Assembly: GCA_032128115.1 (NCBI GenBank)
Contig: JAQBHB010000014.1
Coordinates: 26,052 to 90,051, forward strand
Origin: Deltaproteobacteria bacterium
GTDB taxonomy: Bacteria > Myxococcota_A > UBA9160 > SMWR01
Length of the DNA stretch: 64,000 bases
Reading direction: 5' to 3'
Shown here piece after piece: positions 49,726 to 59,165 of this stretch. Within the stretch, counting starts at the first letter, position 1; the number at the start of each line of letters is the position of its first letter. Under the pieces are notes generated by a model. That model was not told the DNA's origin and made no database searches. It saw only the letters and a list, made by a program, of their open reading frames with translations. A program made the translations under genes and the position numbers.

Positions 49726-51279
49726 TCAGGGCAGGATGCGAGCGAACAGATCGCGCAGCAATACCCGCGCCTTGTCGTCCGAACCCAGCGGAATCAGGAA
49801 AAGCGAGCCCTCCTCCAGCAGGGCCACGTTCTGGCGCAGGGTCTCCATGGCGTCCTCCTCGTCCTTGTCGATGAAGGCCACGTGGAAGACCCGGGAGCGG
49901 GGCAGCCTGCGCAGGGCGCTGTCGGGGCCGCGGGTGGCTTCGATGGCGTCGGCTACCGGCGTGGACAGCAGGAAGACGGTGCCCAGGGCGCCATACCCGG
50001 CGACGGACCAGATCGGCTCGAAGCGCCGGTGGGGGGGCAGGTTCACGATCTCGATGCCCAGGTCGTCGCCGACCCGCACCCGGGCCAGGGTCGCCAGGTC
50101 CCCTCCCGAAAGCGCACCCGCGGCAAGCCTTGCGTCGATCTCGACATCCGGAATCTCCGACATCAGGCGGGCCATTTCGGCGATGGCCCTGTCGTCCGAG
50201 GCCACCACCAGCAGCTTGGCATCGCTGCCGCCGCCGTTGGATCGCGTGGCTTCGAGCCACTCGCGCAGGCGGCGCACCTGGTTGGGAGTGAACAGCGCCG
50301 CTTCGGCTCGTTCTGCGAAATCCACGGGCCCGCGCCCCAGCTCCACGACGCCACGCTCGATCAGGGTGTGGAGCGTGCGCAGCACCTGGTAGTCGGGGAA
50401 CGTGCAGGCATCCACCACGTCGCGCACCCGCGAGTGCTGCTCGAGCACCGAAAGCACTTCCTGGGTGAGCGGGTGGATCACGTTGGGCAAGGCGCCGCGC
50501 TTGGTGCGCAGGCGGGCGTGGGCGTCGCTGGGAGGAAGCGCGAAGGCCAGGCGTTCCCACTCCTTGATCTGGCGCAACCCCTCGCGCAGCAGCGCGCGCG
50601 TCGAAGTCTGGATGCGAGCGGCATCCGGCACCGGCTCGGGCCGGAACACGAAATTGCCCCGGTCCCAGGTGAGCAGCCGATACAGGGCCTTGGCACCATC
50701 GACGCCCGCCGTCTCCGCATGGATCACATCTCCGCCTTGCATGAGCACACGCCCCGACTGGCCCTCGCCGCTGGCATCGGTGCGCGCCAACACGATCACA
50801 CCGGTCCGGCGGCTCGTGTGGAACAGCTCCAACAGGTCGGACAGGGGAAGTTGTGCGATCTGGCCCTCGACGCCCCCGGGCTCCACGCTCCGGCCCCGTT
50901 CGCCTTCGCTGCGATCGGAGCTGCGCTGCATCAGCAGCACCTGAACGCGGCGGGCCACCCTCTCGGGATCCACGGGGGGAAGCAGCAGTTCGCCGTCCAG
51001 GTCCTTGCGCTTCTCGTCCGCCGGGTGATCCGCCAGGTACAGCACGGCCACGTCTTCCGTGTGGGGGTTCGAGCGCAGGATCGAGCCCAGGCGCGGGCCG
51101 TCGATCAGGGGCAGGCCCATCTGCACGATCAACGCACCCGGGCGATCGATCAATGCCGCCTCCAGCGCCTCGGCGCCGTGGACCACAACGTCGCACGCCA
51201 CGCCGCGTTCCGAGCAGGCCTCGGCAATGGCCTTGCTGCGCATGCGGTCCGAGTCGGCGATGAGCACGCGATCGCTCAC
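49726..51279 (-). CDS. Pseudo-receiver + DUF4388 (PatA-N-like) + degenerate small-GTPase-like domain protein
   Basis: REC-like N-terminus with LIVQMGLP; GQIAQLPLSDLLELFHTSRRTG..LLTWDRGNF..LLREG; C-terminal LPPHRRFEPIW....GALGTVFL. Confidence 0.75.
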   Translation of the reverse strand: MSDRVLIADSDRMRSKAIAEACSERGVACDVVVHGAEALEAALIDRPGALIVQMGLPLIDGPRLGSILRSNPHTEDVAVLYLADHPADEKRKDLDGELLLPPVDPERVARRVQVLLMQRSSDRSEGERGRSVEPGGVEGQIAQLPLSDLLELFHTSRRTGVIVLARTDASGEGQSGRVLMQGGDVIHAETAGVDGAKALYRLLTWDRGNFVFRPEPVPDAARIQTSTRALLREGLRQIKEWERLAFALPPSDAHARLRTKRGALPNVIHPLTQEVLSVLEQHSRVRDVVDACTFPDYQVLRTLHTLIERGVVELGRGPVDFAERAEAALFTPNQVRRLREWLEATRSNGGGSDAKLLVVASDDRAIAEMARLMSEIPDVEIDARLAAGALSGGDLATLARVRVGDDLGIEIVNLPPHRRFEPIWSVAGYGALGTVFLLSTPVADAIEATRGPDSALRRLPRSRVFHVAFIDKDEEDAMETLRQNVALLEEGSLFLIPLGSDDKARVLLRDLFARILP

Positions 51280-53156
51280 GAGCCGTCTCCGTCTTCGCTC
51301 GCCAGACGCAGGGTGTCGTCATCGCTGTCCGAACCCAGCGGTGCCGACGCCGCCAGCTCGGCCTGGAGCTGGAACGACAGGTGCTCCACCACGCCTCGCT
51401 CGCTGGTGTGAAAGAACCGCACGCCTTCCTGGCTGGCCTTCTCGTCCTGGATTAGGGCGTAGGAAGGACCGGGGCCGAAGTGAATCAGGAACGGGGGCAG
51501 GCCGGGAATGCGCTCGGGTTCCACCCACGAGATGGACGGGGCCGACTCCTTCGATGCAGGGGGCTCTGCGAACACCACCACCTCGATCCCGCCGGGGTCG
51601 CCGCCGCGGATGGCGGCCAGGCCCTCCAGGGTGGCGGCGGCCAGGGCCGCGCCGGGCTTCAGGAACAACAGGCCGCGCTCGTGGGACTTGCGGCCCACTT
51701 CGGCCAGCAGGAAGCAGGCGATCTGCTCGGTGCGCTCCGGCGAGTCGACCTCCCCATCGCCAAGCAGGATCTCGAGACATTCGCCAATCGGGCGTTCTTC
51801 CAGACGGCGTGTGGCTCCGGCCCGGGCCTGCTCCAGGCGCTCGTCGAGGGCTCGCTCCAGTGCCTCGAGCTGGGTGCCGTCGGCGGGAAACGACGCCACT
51901 GCCACGTGGGGCCCCGCGTCGGCAGACACGCCGTTGAACGCTGGAATCTCCAGCAGCGCACGGCGCGCACGCCGTTTGAGAACCGCCGCACCCAGGGGAT
52001 CCACTTCGGCCAGCAGCACGGCAATGCTGCCGGGCCCATCGGACGCAATCGGATCGGTCGACCGCAGCAGACGTCGCAGTATCCCGACCGCATCCCGTCG
52101 CAGCTGCTCAGCGTCCAGGTCTTCCCCCGGCGGCTGCTCGAAGGCGACCTTCATGAGCGACAGGGAGCGCCCGAAGCGGGTCGCCCTGCCAAGCTCGGTG
52201 CGCACGGCGATGCGCAGGTACTCCAGGCTGTAGGCGCCCGAATCGGGATCTTTCAGCGAGCGGCGCTCGAGCTCGCTGATGCGCAGTGCGTTGGCCAGGG
52301 CCGCTTCCCCGAAGCGCGCCAGCTTCTCGCCGACGCTGGCGTCCCCCAGGTCGAAAGGCTCGCCCTTGAGTTTGTCCGTGAGGCGGGCGAACCCCACCAC
52401 CCGGCCCTCGTGCCGCAGGCTCACGAGCAGGGCCGGCTCCTCGGCGGCAATGCTGTCGGGCCCCGGGCTCCAGATCTCGATGGCCGTTCGCGACGCCCCC
52501 TGCTGCAGCGGCGCCGGCAGCTTTGCGACCTCGAACGTGCGGGGCTCGTGCTCGAGGCGGGAGAGTCCACGGGCCGAAGTCAGCTCCAGCAGGCTCGGGT
52601 CGCCTTCGCGCCCCACCCAGAGCACGCCCGCCTGGGCGTCGGTCTCCTGGCACAAGGCCTCCACGATGCGTTCGCTCAGCGGCTCGACGCCCACGCACCC
52701 GAACAATCCCAGGGCCCGCTCGAACAGACCTCGCTCGCCCAGGTAGCTGATGTTCTCCTCGAGAAGCTGAGCGTGCTCGACGCGCAGGCGCCGCCGCCGC
52801 AGGATCCCGTCCACCGCGGTCACCAGGGCCGCGCCATCGAATGGCTTCAGCAGGTAGTCACCGGCCCCGAGCTTCATGGCATCGACGGCGGTCTTCACGT
52901 CGACCACCCCCGTCACCACCACGATGTCCTGGTCGGGGTTGCGATCCTTGATGCGATGGACCAGCTCGCTGCCGTCCATGCCCGGCATCACCAGGTCGGT
53001 CAGCACGACGTCGAACGGCGTCTGTTCGAGGATGCGCAGTGCCTCCTCCCCGCTGGAGGCGGTCTGCGCTTCGTAGCCCTCTTCTGCCAGCAGACCCTCG
53101 ATCAGCTCGCGAAAGTATCGCTGATCGTCGACCGCCAGGATGCGTGCCTTGGGCAT
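51276..53156 (-). CDS. Response regulator: REC + GAF-like + degenerate GGDEF + extra C-terminal domain
   Basis: Intact REC (VDD, LTDLVMP, KPF); KDPDSGAYS..LRSTDPIASDGPGSIAVLL..VASFPADG. Confidence 0.82.
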   Translation of the reverse strand: MPKARILAVDDQRYFRELIEGLLAEEGYEAQTASSGEEALRILEQTPFDVVLTDLVMPGMDGSELVHRIKDRNPDQDIVVVTGVVDVKTAVDAMKLGAGDYLLKPFDGAALVTAVDGILRRRRLRVEHAQLLEENISYLGERGLFERALGLFGCVGVEPLSERIVEALCQETDAQAGVLWVGREGDPSLLELTSARGLSRLEHEPRTFEVAKLPAPLQQGASRTAIEIWSPGPDSIAAEEPALLVSLRHEGRVVGFARLTDKLKGEPFDLGDASVGEKLARFGEAALANALRISELERRSLKDPDSGAYSLEYLRIAVRTELGRATRFGRSLSLMKVAFEQPPGEDLDAEQLRRDAVGILRRLLRSTDPIASDGPGSIAVLLAEVDPLGAAVLKRRARRALLEIPAFNGVSADAGPHVAVASFPADGTQLEALERALDERLEQARAGATRRLEERPIGECLEILLGDGEVDSPERTEQIACFLLAEVGRKSHERGLLFLKPGAALAAATLEGLAAIRGGDPGGIEVVVFAEPPASKESAPSISWVEPERIPGLPPFLIHFGPGPSYALIQDEKASQEGVRFFHTSERGVVEHLSFQLQAELAASAPLGSDSDDDTLRLASEDGDGS

Positions 53157-53206
53157 GCCCCCCTCGACTCGAAGACGATTCGAACCGGGCCGAAGCCGGC
53201 CCAACC

Positions 53207-53277
53207 GCGCTCGCCCCCCACCAAGGCCGAACGGCCGCTGGGCGCTCGCCCCACCACCAAGGCCGAACGGCCGCTGG
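53207..53277. repeat. 35/36-bp tandem duplication, each unit with a ggccg-aa-cggcc palindrome
   Basis: gcgctcgcccc(c/ac)..ccaaggccgaacggccgctgg x2 between miaB and the regulator. Confidence 0.88.
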
Positions 53278-53281
53278 CATC

Positions 53282-54760
53282 CTATGCGCTGGGCCCGGCG
53301 TTCCGCCAGTGCTCATCGGCCCGCGAAGTTCGCCTCTTCAGCGCTGATCCAGCGCGAACCGAGGTCTGGGCCTCGAGTGCCTCTCCGATCAGCGAGTGGG
53401 GCGTGGCCTCCACCAGTTCCAGGAGCAAGAGGCTTCCCGCCGCAATGGGCGGATCCGCTGTGTCTGCAAAATTCACAACCCGATGGTAGGGATCGCGACC
53501 GGTGCGCTGGTTGCCCCCGCGCCGGCTCTCGCCCTCGGTCAGGACTTCGGTCACCTGCCCGACCCGGTCCCGATGCGCCGCCAGGGTCAGGCCCCGCAGG
53601 AGCGACTGGAGCTCCTCGAGCCGGGCCTGGGCCGCGTCGGGTCCCACCGTGTCCGGATCGAGGGCGGCGGCCGTGCCGGGCCGCGGCGAGTACTTGAACG
53701 AGAACCCGTCTACGAAGCCCACGTCGCGCACCAGGTCCAGCGTGGCCCGGAAGTCCGCATCGCTCTCCCCGGGCGCCCCCACGATCAGATCGGTGGTGAG
53801 GGCGATGTCGGGACGTACCCGACGCAGGCGCTGCACGAGGCTCCGGTAGGCGCCCGCCGTGTAACGCCGGCGCATGCGCCTGAGCATGGCGTCGGATCCG
53901 CTCTGCACCGGCAGGTGGACGTGAGGACACAGCGCGGGAAGATCCCTGTGGGCCACGATCAGGGCGTCGTCGAAGAAAATCGGGTGCGGGCTCGTGTAGC
54001 GCAGCCGCGAAAGGCCCGGGATCTCGGCCAGGCGCCGCAGAAGCGCGGCGAACGGGATGCTGTCGGCCCGGTCCAGGGCTCCCCGACGCCCATCGTGGCG
54101 ACCGTAGGCGTTGACGGTCTGCCCCAACAGCGTGATCTCGCGAACGCCCTGGGCCACCAGCGCCTGGGACTCGCGCACGATCTCATCGACCGGACGGCTC
54201 ACCTCGCGACCGCGCGTCTGCGGCACGATGCAGAAGCTGCAGAACAGGTCACAGCCTTCCATCACCGTGACGTAGGCGCGCCCGGGCGTGCTGGCTCGCT
54301 GATCCGGGTGGGGACCCGGCAGATCGAAACGCTCGAGCGAGCGCGACTCCTGGGTGCGCGCCGTACGCTCGCCGCGGCCTGCGGCATCGGCCAGGAGCCC
54401 GACCCAGCGCAGGTTGTGGGTCCCGAAAACGAAGTCCAGATGATCGAAGCGTCGCAACAGAGCGTCGCCCTGTTGCTGGGCCACGCAGCCCCCAACCCCG
54501 ATGACGCGCCCAACGCGCTCCGCTTTCCACTCCCGCAGCGCCCCGAGTTCGCTGTAGAGCCGGTGCTCGGCCTTGTCGCGAATCGAACAGGTATTGAGGA
54601 TGGTGAGATCCGCGTCCTCCGGCCCCTCGGCCGCGGTGTAGCCGTGGTGACACAGGAGATTCTCGATCTTCTGGGAGTCGTGAACGTTCATCTGGCACCC
54701 GGAGGTGCGCACGAGGAATCGCTTCGCCTCGTCCAAACCCGACCTCACCCCCGACCTCAC
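53282..54760 (-). CDS. miaB: tRNA-i6A37 methylthiotransferase MiaB
   Basis: GCQMNVHDS, NTCSIRDKAE, GCVAQ, GCDLFCSFCIVP radical-SAM motif, HLPVQSGS, YSPRPGT. Start may be TTG ~54736. Confidence 0.96.
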   Translation of the reverse strand: MRSGVRSGLDEAKRFLVRTSGCQMNVHDSQKIENLLCHHGYTAAEGPEDADLTILNTCSIRDKAEHRLYSELGALREWKAERVGRVIGVGGCVAQQQGDALLRRFDHLDFVFGTHNLRWVGLLADAAGRGERTARTQESRSLERFDLPGPHPDQRASTPGRAYVTVMEGCDLFCSFCIVPQTRGREVSRPVDEIVRESQALVAQGVREITLLGQTVNAYGRHDGRRGALDRADSIPFAALLRRLAEIPGLSRLRYTSPHPIFFDDALIVAHRDLPALCPHVHLPVQSGSDAMLRRMRRRYTAGAYRSLVQRLRRVRPDIALTTDLIVGAPGESDADFRATLDLVRDVGFVDGFSFKYSPRPGTAAALDPDTVGPDAAQARLEELQSLLRGLTLAAHRDRVGQVTEVLTEGESRRGGNQRTGRDPYHRVVNFADTADPPIAAGSLLLLELVEATPHSLIGEALEAQTSVRAGSALKRRTSRADEHWRNAGPSA

Positions 54761-54951
54761 CCGACCCTGGGCCCTTGGGGGGGAACGCCGCGAACACTAA
54801 CGGAAGCCGGAAACGCCTGCCAAAGCCGGCCGCAGCCCTCCTGCATTCAACGGTTTCGGAATATTCAAGCCTATAAGAGCCTATAAATGCACAGTTTTTT
54901 GCCCCTCGAGGCAACTTTCAAGAGAAGCTGTAATCGTTGGACAAATACTGT

Positions 54952-54980
54952 TTGACTCGGCTGCCAAGCCATTCCATAAT
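54952..54980 (+). promoter_or_regulatory. Sigma70-like promoter
   Basis: TTGACT (54952-54957) - 17 nt - CATAAT (54975-54980), preceded by an AT-rich stretch. Confidence 0.75.
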
Positions 54981-54984
54981 CCCG

Positions 54985-55150
54985 TCGTCGCCACACGGGA
55001 GTGACCCCAGAAGGAATCAAACGAGTTAAGGAGCGGCGGTGGATCGGGCATTTCACATGAAGTGCCAACCTCTCACCCCCCATCATCTATCCACCGCCCT
55101 CCCCCTTGTAGACGCCCCGCCCGGATCACCTGGCGGGGCGTCGCCCTTTT
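54985..55150 (+). ncRNA. Candidate structured small RNA
   Basis: Lies between promoter and terminator; ggcggtggat/atccaccgcc 10-bp stem enclosing a ggcatttc/gaagtgcc hairpin and a C-rich strand; no convincing CDS. Confidence 0.55.
55111..55150 (+). terminator. Rho-independent terminator-like hairpin
   Basis: gacgccccgcc / ggcggggcgtc 11-bp stem followed by gccctttt. Confidence 0.7.
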
Positions 55151-55218
55151 GGGGACGCTCGATCTCGTTGGGGACGCTCGATCTCGGTCAGGACCCGATC
55201 TCTCGATCAGGACCCGAT
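55149..55218. repeat. 19-bp-period tandem duplications
   Basis: ttggggacgctcgatctcg x2, then tcaggacccgat x2 at 19-bp spacing. Confidence 0.85.
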
Positions 55219-55250
55219 GAATGGGAGCGGCGGGGCGCGGTCCGCCCCCG

Positions 55251-56672
55251 TCACAGCACCAGACGGTCGATCATCGCGGAGAGCTGTCGCAGATTGCGAC
55301 ACTCCTCGGCGACGTGCGTATACGGCAGGTATTTGTCCATCACACTGTCGCCGAACCCCCATGCACTCGGGCTCTCGGGATTCAGCCAAACCACGTTCTT
55401 CGCCTTGTTGTGGATGTCGCGCAGGCACCAGGCACGCGGATCGTTGTAGTTGTTCCGGGCGTCTCCCAGGATCAAGACCGTGGTCTTGTTGTCGATGGAC
55501 GACAGGAAATTCTGCCAGAAGTGGTGGAAGGCATGTCCGAAGTTCGAGCGGGTATAGACGTTGATCACATCGCCGCCGTCCAGGGCGTGCTCGATGGCCT
55601 TGCTCACGTCTCGTTCGTAGAACAGCTGTGTCACCTCGCCCAGCTCGGCCACGAACACGAACGAGCGGATGCGGGTGAAGGCCTCCTGCAGGGAGTAGAC
55701 GAACTGGAGCATGAAGCGCGACACGTTGGCCACGGACGACGAAACATCACACAGAACCACAAGTTTCGGTCGATTCTTCTTGCGTTGCTTGAAGATCAGC
55801 TCGAACGGGATCCCGCCGTGTGACATGTTGCGCCGAAGGGTCTGGTGCAGATCGAGCTTCCCCCGCTTCAGGCGCCGGCGGCGGACCGACAGGATGTTCT
55901 TGATGCGCTGGGCCAGGCGCTCCACGACCTCGCGCATCTTCCGGATCTCGTCCTCGGTGAGGTGGTAGAAGCTCTTCTCCAGCAACGTCTCGCGCCGGAA
56001 CTTCTCCATGTAGTCGTGGTTGCGCTGCTGGAGCTCCCGCTCGGTGAAGTTGCGGGCGCTCTTGCGGGCGGCCTCCATCAGGCGGTCGATCAGGCCCCGC
56101 AGGGCCGCCACCTCGTCCGGGGACATGCCCGCCTGCTCCAGTGCGTCGGCCAGATCGCGCAGCTCCTGGCTGGCCCCCTCCACGCCCATCTGCTCCAGGG
56201 TGCGGCGGCTGAAGAAGCCCACCTGCAGGAAGTTCTCGATGCGGTCGATCCCGGCCTGTTCGGCGGCCTGCCGGATCAGCTGCTCCAGCTGGTCCAGGTC
56301 CATGCTGAGCATGGCCCGGGCCAACTCGGAGAGGGCTCCCGCATCGCCCTGCATGTTCTGGAGCTGCTCGGCGATGCGCCGCATCAGTTCTTCCAGGTCG
56401 ATGCCCAGGGCTTCGAGCCCCTCCATGGCGCCGCCGAACGTCTCTCGCAGGTTGTCGTAGAAGCCGGACCAGTAGAGGTCGAAGAGCTCGTCGAAAGACG
56501 GGATCTCCTCGCCGCGCTTGACCATGGTGGCGCGCAGGGCGTCTCGGAAGACCTCGCGATCGTCCAACGACAGCTCATCCAGCGCCGCGAACGAGTCCAG
56601 GGCTTCGGCCGTGGAAACCCGGATGCCGCTGTTGCGCAGGATCTTGGTGAACTCGAGGATCTTCTTCTGCAT
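55251..56672 (-). CDS. VWA-domain CoxE-like protein
   Basis: LRNSGIRVSTAE, LDLHQTLRRN, VLCDVSSSV (MIDAS), LGDARNN, VWLNPE. Confidence 0.9.
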   Translation of the reverse strand: MQKKILEFTKILRNSGIRVSTAEALDSFAALDELSLDDREVFRDALRATMVKRGEEIPSFDELFDLYWSGFYDNLRETFGGAMEGLEALGIDLEELMRRIAEQLQNMQGDAGALSELARAMLSMDLDQLEQLIRQAAEQAGIDRIENFLQVGFFSRRTLEQMGVEGASQELRDLADALEQAGMSPDEVAALRGLIDRLMEAARKSARNFTERELQQRNHDYMEKFRRETLLEKSFYHLTEDEIRKMREVVERLAQRIKNILSVRRRRLKRGKLDLHQTLRRNMSHGGIPFELIFKQRKKNRPKLVVLCDVSSSVANVSRFMLQFVYSLQEAFTRIRSFVFVAELGEVTQLFYERDVSKAIEHALDGGDVINVYTRSNFGHAFHHFWQNFLSSIDNKTTVLILGDARNNYNDPRAWCLRDIHNKAKNVVWLNPESPSAWGFGDSVMDKYLPYTHVAEECRNLRQLSAMIDRLVL

Positions 56673-56709
56673 GCCCGACCCCGGTGGTCCGATGGCGAGG
56701 ACGCGGGCC

Positions 56710-57699
56710 TCAGTGGAGCGCGCCCTTCTTGGCGGCGACCGGCGCCGGGGCCGCCGCGGGCGCCCCCGCCTGGGCCTTCGCTTCCTCGGCCTTCTTCGCC
56801 AGCAGCTTCGAGAGTTCGCCCCGGGCCTTGTGAACATCGCCCTCGTACTTGAGGATGACGTTGAGCGTCTGCTCCACCACGTCTTTGTCCAGTTCCGTGG
56901 CGTTCAGGGCCAGAAGAGCACGGGCCCAGTCCAGGGTCTCGCTGATGGACGGAGACTTCTTCAGGTCGAGCTGGCGCAGCTTGTGCATCATCTCCACCAG
57001 GTCGTGGATCAGGCGATCCGCGATGCCCGGCACCTTGGTTTCCAGGATCAGCCGCTCGAGGGCCTCGTTGGGATAGTCGATGTACAGGTGCAGGCAGCGG
57101 CGCTTGAGAGCATCGCTCATCTCGCGGGCGCTGTTCGAGGTGAGGAACACCAGGGGCTTGCGCACCGCCTGGATGGTGCCGATCTCGGGCACCGTGACCT
57201 GGAAGTCGGAGAGCACCTCCAGCAGGAAGGCCTCGAACTCCGGGTCGGACTTGTCCACCTCGTCGATCAGCAGGAGACACGGCTCCTCGGAGGTGATGGC
57301 GTTGAGAAGCGGGCGGCGCACGATGAAGTGTTCGGAGAAGAAGACACTGTCTTCCTTGCCCACCCGCTCGGCGGCCTCGGCGACGGTCCGAACGTCGCCC
57401 ATCACCTCGGTGAAGCGCTCCTTCAGGATCTGGGTGTAGAGCAGCTGCTTGGAATACTCCCATTCGTATAGAGCCTTGGCCTCATCCAGCCCCTCGTAGC
57501 ACTGCAGGCGGATCAACTTGCGGCGCGTGGCGGCGGCCACCACCTTGGCCAGTTCCGTCTTGCCCACGCCGGCGGGGCCCTCCACCAGGACGGGCTTCTC
57601 GAGCTTCTCCGCCAGGAAGACCACCGTGGCGATCTTGCGGTCGCAGATGTACTCCTGCTCGCCCAGGCACTTCTCGACCTTCTCCACGGAATCGAACAT
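56710..57699 (-). CDS. MoxR-family AAA+ ATPase (CoxD-like)
   Basis: EGPAGVGKTE, RLQCYEGLDE, LLIDEVDK, LLEVLSDFQVTVPE, SDALKRRC. Confidence 0.93.
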   Translation of the reverse strand: MFDSVEKVEKCLGEQEYICDRKIATVVFLAEKLEKPVLVEGPAGVGKTELAKVVAAATRRKLIRLQCYEGLDEAKALYEWEYSKQLLYTQILKERFTEVMGDVRTVAEAAERVGKEDSVFFSEHFIVRRPLLNAITSEEPCLLLIDEVDKSDPEFEAFLLEVLSDFQVTVPEIGTIQAVRKPLVFLTSNSAREMSDALKRRCLHLYIDYPNEALERLILETKVPGIADRLIHDLVEMMHKLRQLDLKKSPSISETLDWARALLALNATELDKDVVEQTLNVILKYEGDVHKARGELSKLLAKKAEEAKAQAGAPAAAPAPVAAKKGALH

Positions 57700-57742
57700 G
57701 CCGCTCCCCTTGGGTACCCAACGCTGGCCGAACGCGTCGCCG

Positions 57743-59010
57743 CTAGCTCATCAAGTGCAGGACGTGGCCCAGCTTCGCGCGCTTCGTGCGAAGGTACTCC
57801 AGGTTTTTCTCGTTGGGTTGGATTTCGAGGGGCACGCGCTCGACGATCTCGAGCCCGTAGCCCTCGATGCCGGCGCGCTTCCCCGGGTTGTTGGTGATGA
57901 TGCGCATCTTCCGGATGCCCAGGTCGCGCAGGATCTGCGCACCCACGCCGTAGTCGCGCAGGTCGGGAGGAAAGCCCAGGCGTTCGTTGGCCTGCACCGT
58001 GTCCAGGCCCTCCGAGTCCTGCAGCCCGTAGGCCTTGATCTTGTTCTTGAGCCCGATGCCCCGACCCTCCTGACGCATGTAGAGCAGGACGCCGCGGCCC
58101 TCTTCCTCGATCATCTTCAGCGCCGCCTGCAGCTGTTCGCCGCAGTCGCAGCGCAGCGATCCGAAGGCATCGCCGTGAGGCACTCGCTGTGAACGCGCAC
58201 GAGGATGGCGCCCTCCTGGCTGAGGTCGCCCTTGACCAGGGCCATGTGGTCCACGTGATCGATGTCGTTTTCGTAGACCAGGGTCTCGAAGTCGCCGGCG
58301 GCCGTGGGCAGGGTGGCCCTGGCCGCGCGCCGCACCAGCGTCTCCTTGCGCAGCCGGTATTGGATCAGGTCGGCGATGGCGACGATCTTCAGCCCGTGCT
58401 CCGTGGCGAAATCCACCAGATCGGGAAGTCGCGCCATGGTGCCGTCGTCGTTCATGATCTCGCAGATGACGCCGGCCGGTTCGAGGCCGGCCAGGCGCGC
58501 CAGATCGACCGAGCCCTCGGTCTGGCCGGTGCGGCGCAGCACGCCGCCCTCGCGAGCGCGAAGCGGAAACACGTGGCCCGGCCGCGCCAGATCGTTGGGG
58601 CCCGCCCCCTCGGCGATCGCGGCCCGGATGGTGGTGGCCCGGTCCGCGGCGGAGATGCCGGTGGTGACCCCGTGCCGCGCCTCGATGGAGACCGTGAAGG
58701 CGGTGCCGAAGCCCGCCGTGTTCTCGTAGTCGGGCACCATCATCGAAAGGTTCAACTGGTCCAGTCGCTCCTCGGTGAGCGACAGGCAGATCAGGCCCCG
58801 GCCGTGCTTCGCCATGAAGTTGATCGCCTCGGGCGTCACCTTCTCGGCGGCCATGCACAGATCGCCCTCGTTCTCGCGATTGGCGTCGTCGACCAGGATC
58901 ACCATGCGACCGGCGGCGATGTCGCCAAGGGCTGCTTCGACGGAGGCGATGGCGGCGGCGGGGTCGGGGGCACCCTTCTGAAGCCGAAGCTTCGAGTGGG
59001 AAGTCGTCAT
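57743..59010 (-). pseudogene. ribBA: Bifunctional DHBP synthase / GTP cyclohydrolase II, frameshifted near 58173 (real lesion or sequencing error)
   Basis: [33 protein letters not shown] in one frame; [34 protein letters not shown] in another; one base is missing at ACG-(G)GC-GAT. Confidence 0.9.
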
Positions 59011-59165
59011 GGGATCGGAAACCTCCCGCTCCCGTACGGACCGCCGAGGCGCGGTTCCGGCGGGTGCGTTGGCCACGCGGGGCGCAAATCGAACCTATCA
59101 ACGGTTGACTGGGGTGTCAAACTGCGCGCCCCCGAGGGGTGCGGCCGTCCGAAAGACTTGAAGGG

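Noticed and set aside
53207..53277. CRISPR-like repeat (35-36 bp, palindromic core)
   Set aside because: Only two directly adjacent copies, no spacers and no cas genes.
55039..55449. 136-aa ORF after AAGGAG in the sRNA candidate
   Set aside because: Runs through the terminator and tandem repeats into the antisense of the VWA gene and has no protein-like features; a short translated peptide is not excluded.
58165..58180. Programmed ribosomal frameshift in ribBA
   Set aside because: No slippery heptamer or obvious stimulatory element; a simple 1-bp deletion explains it.
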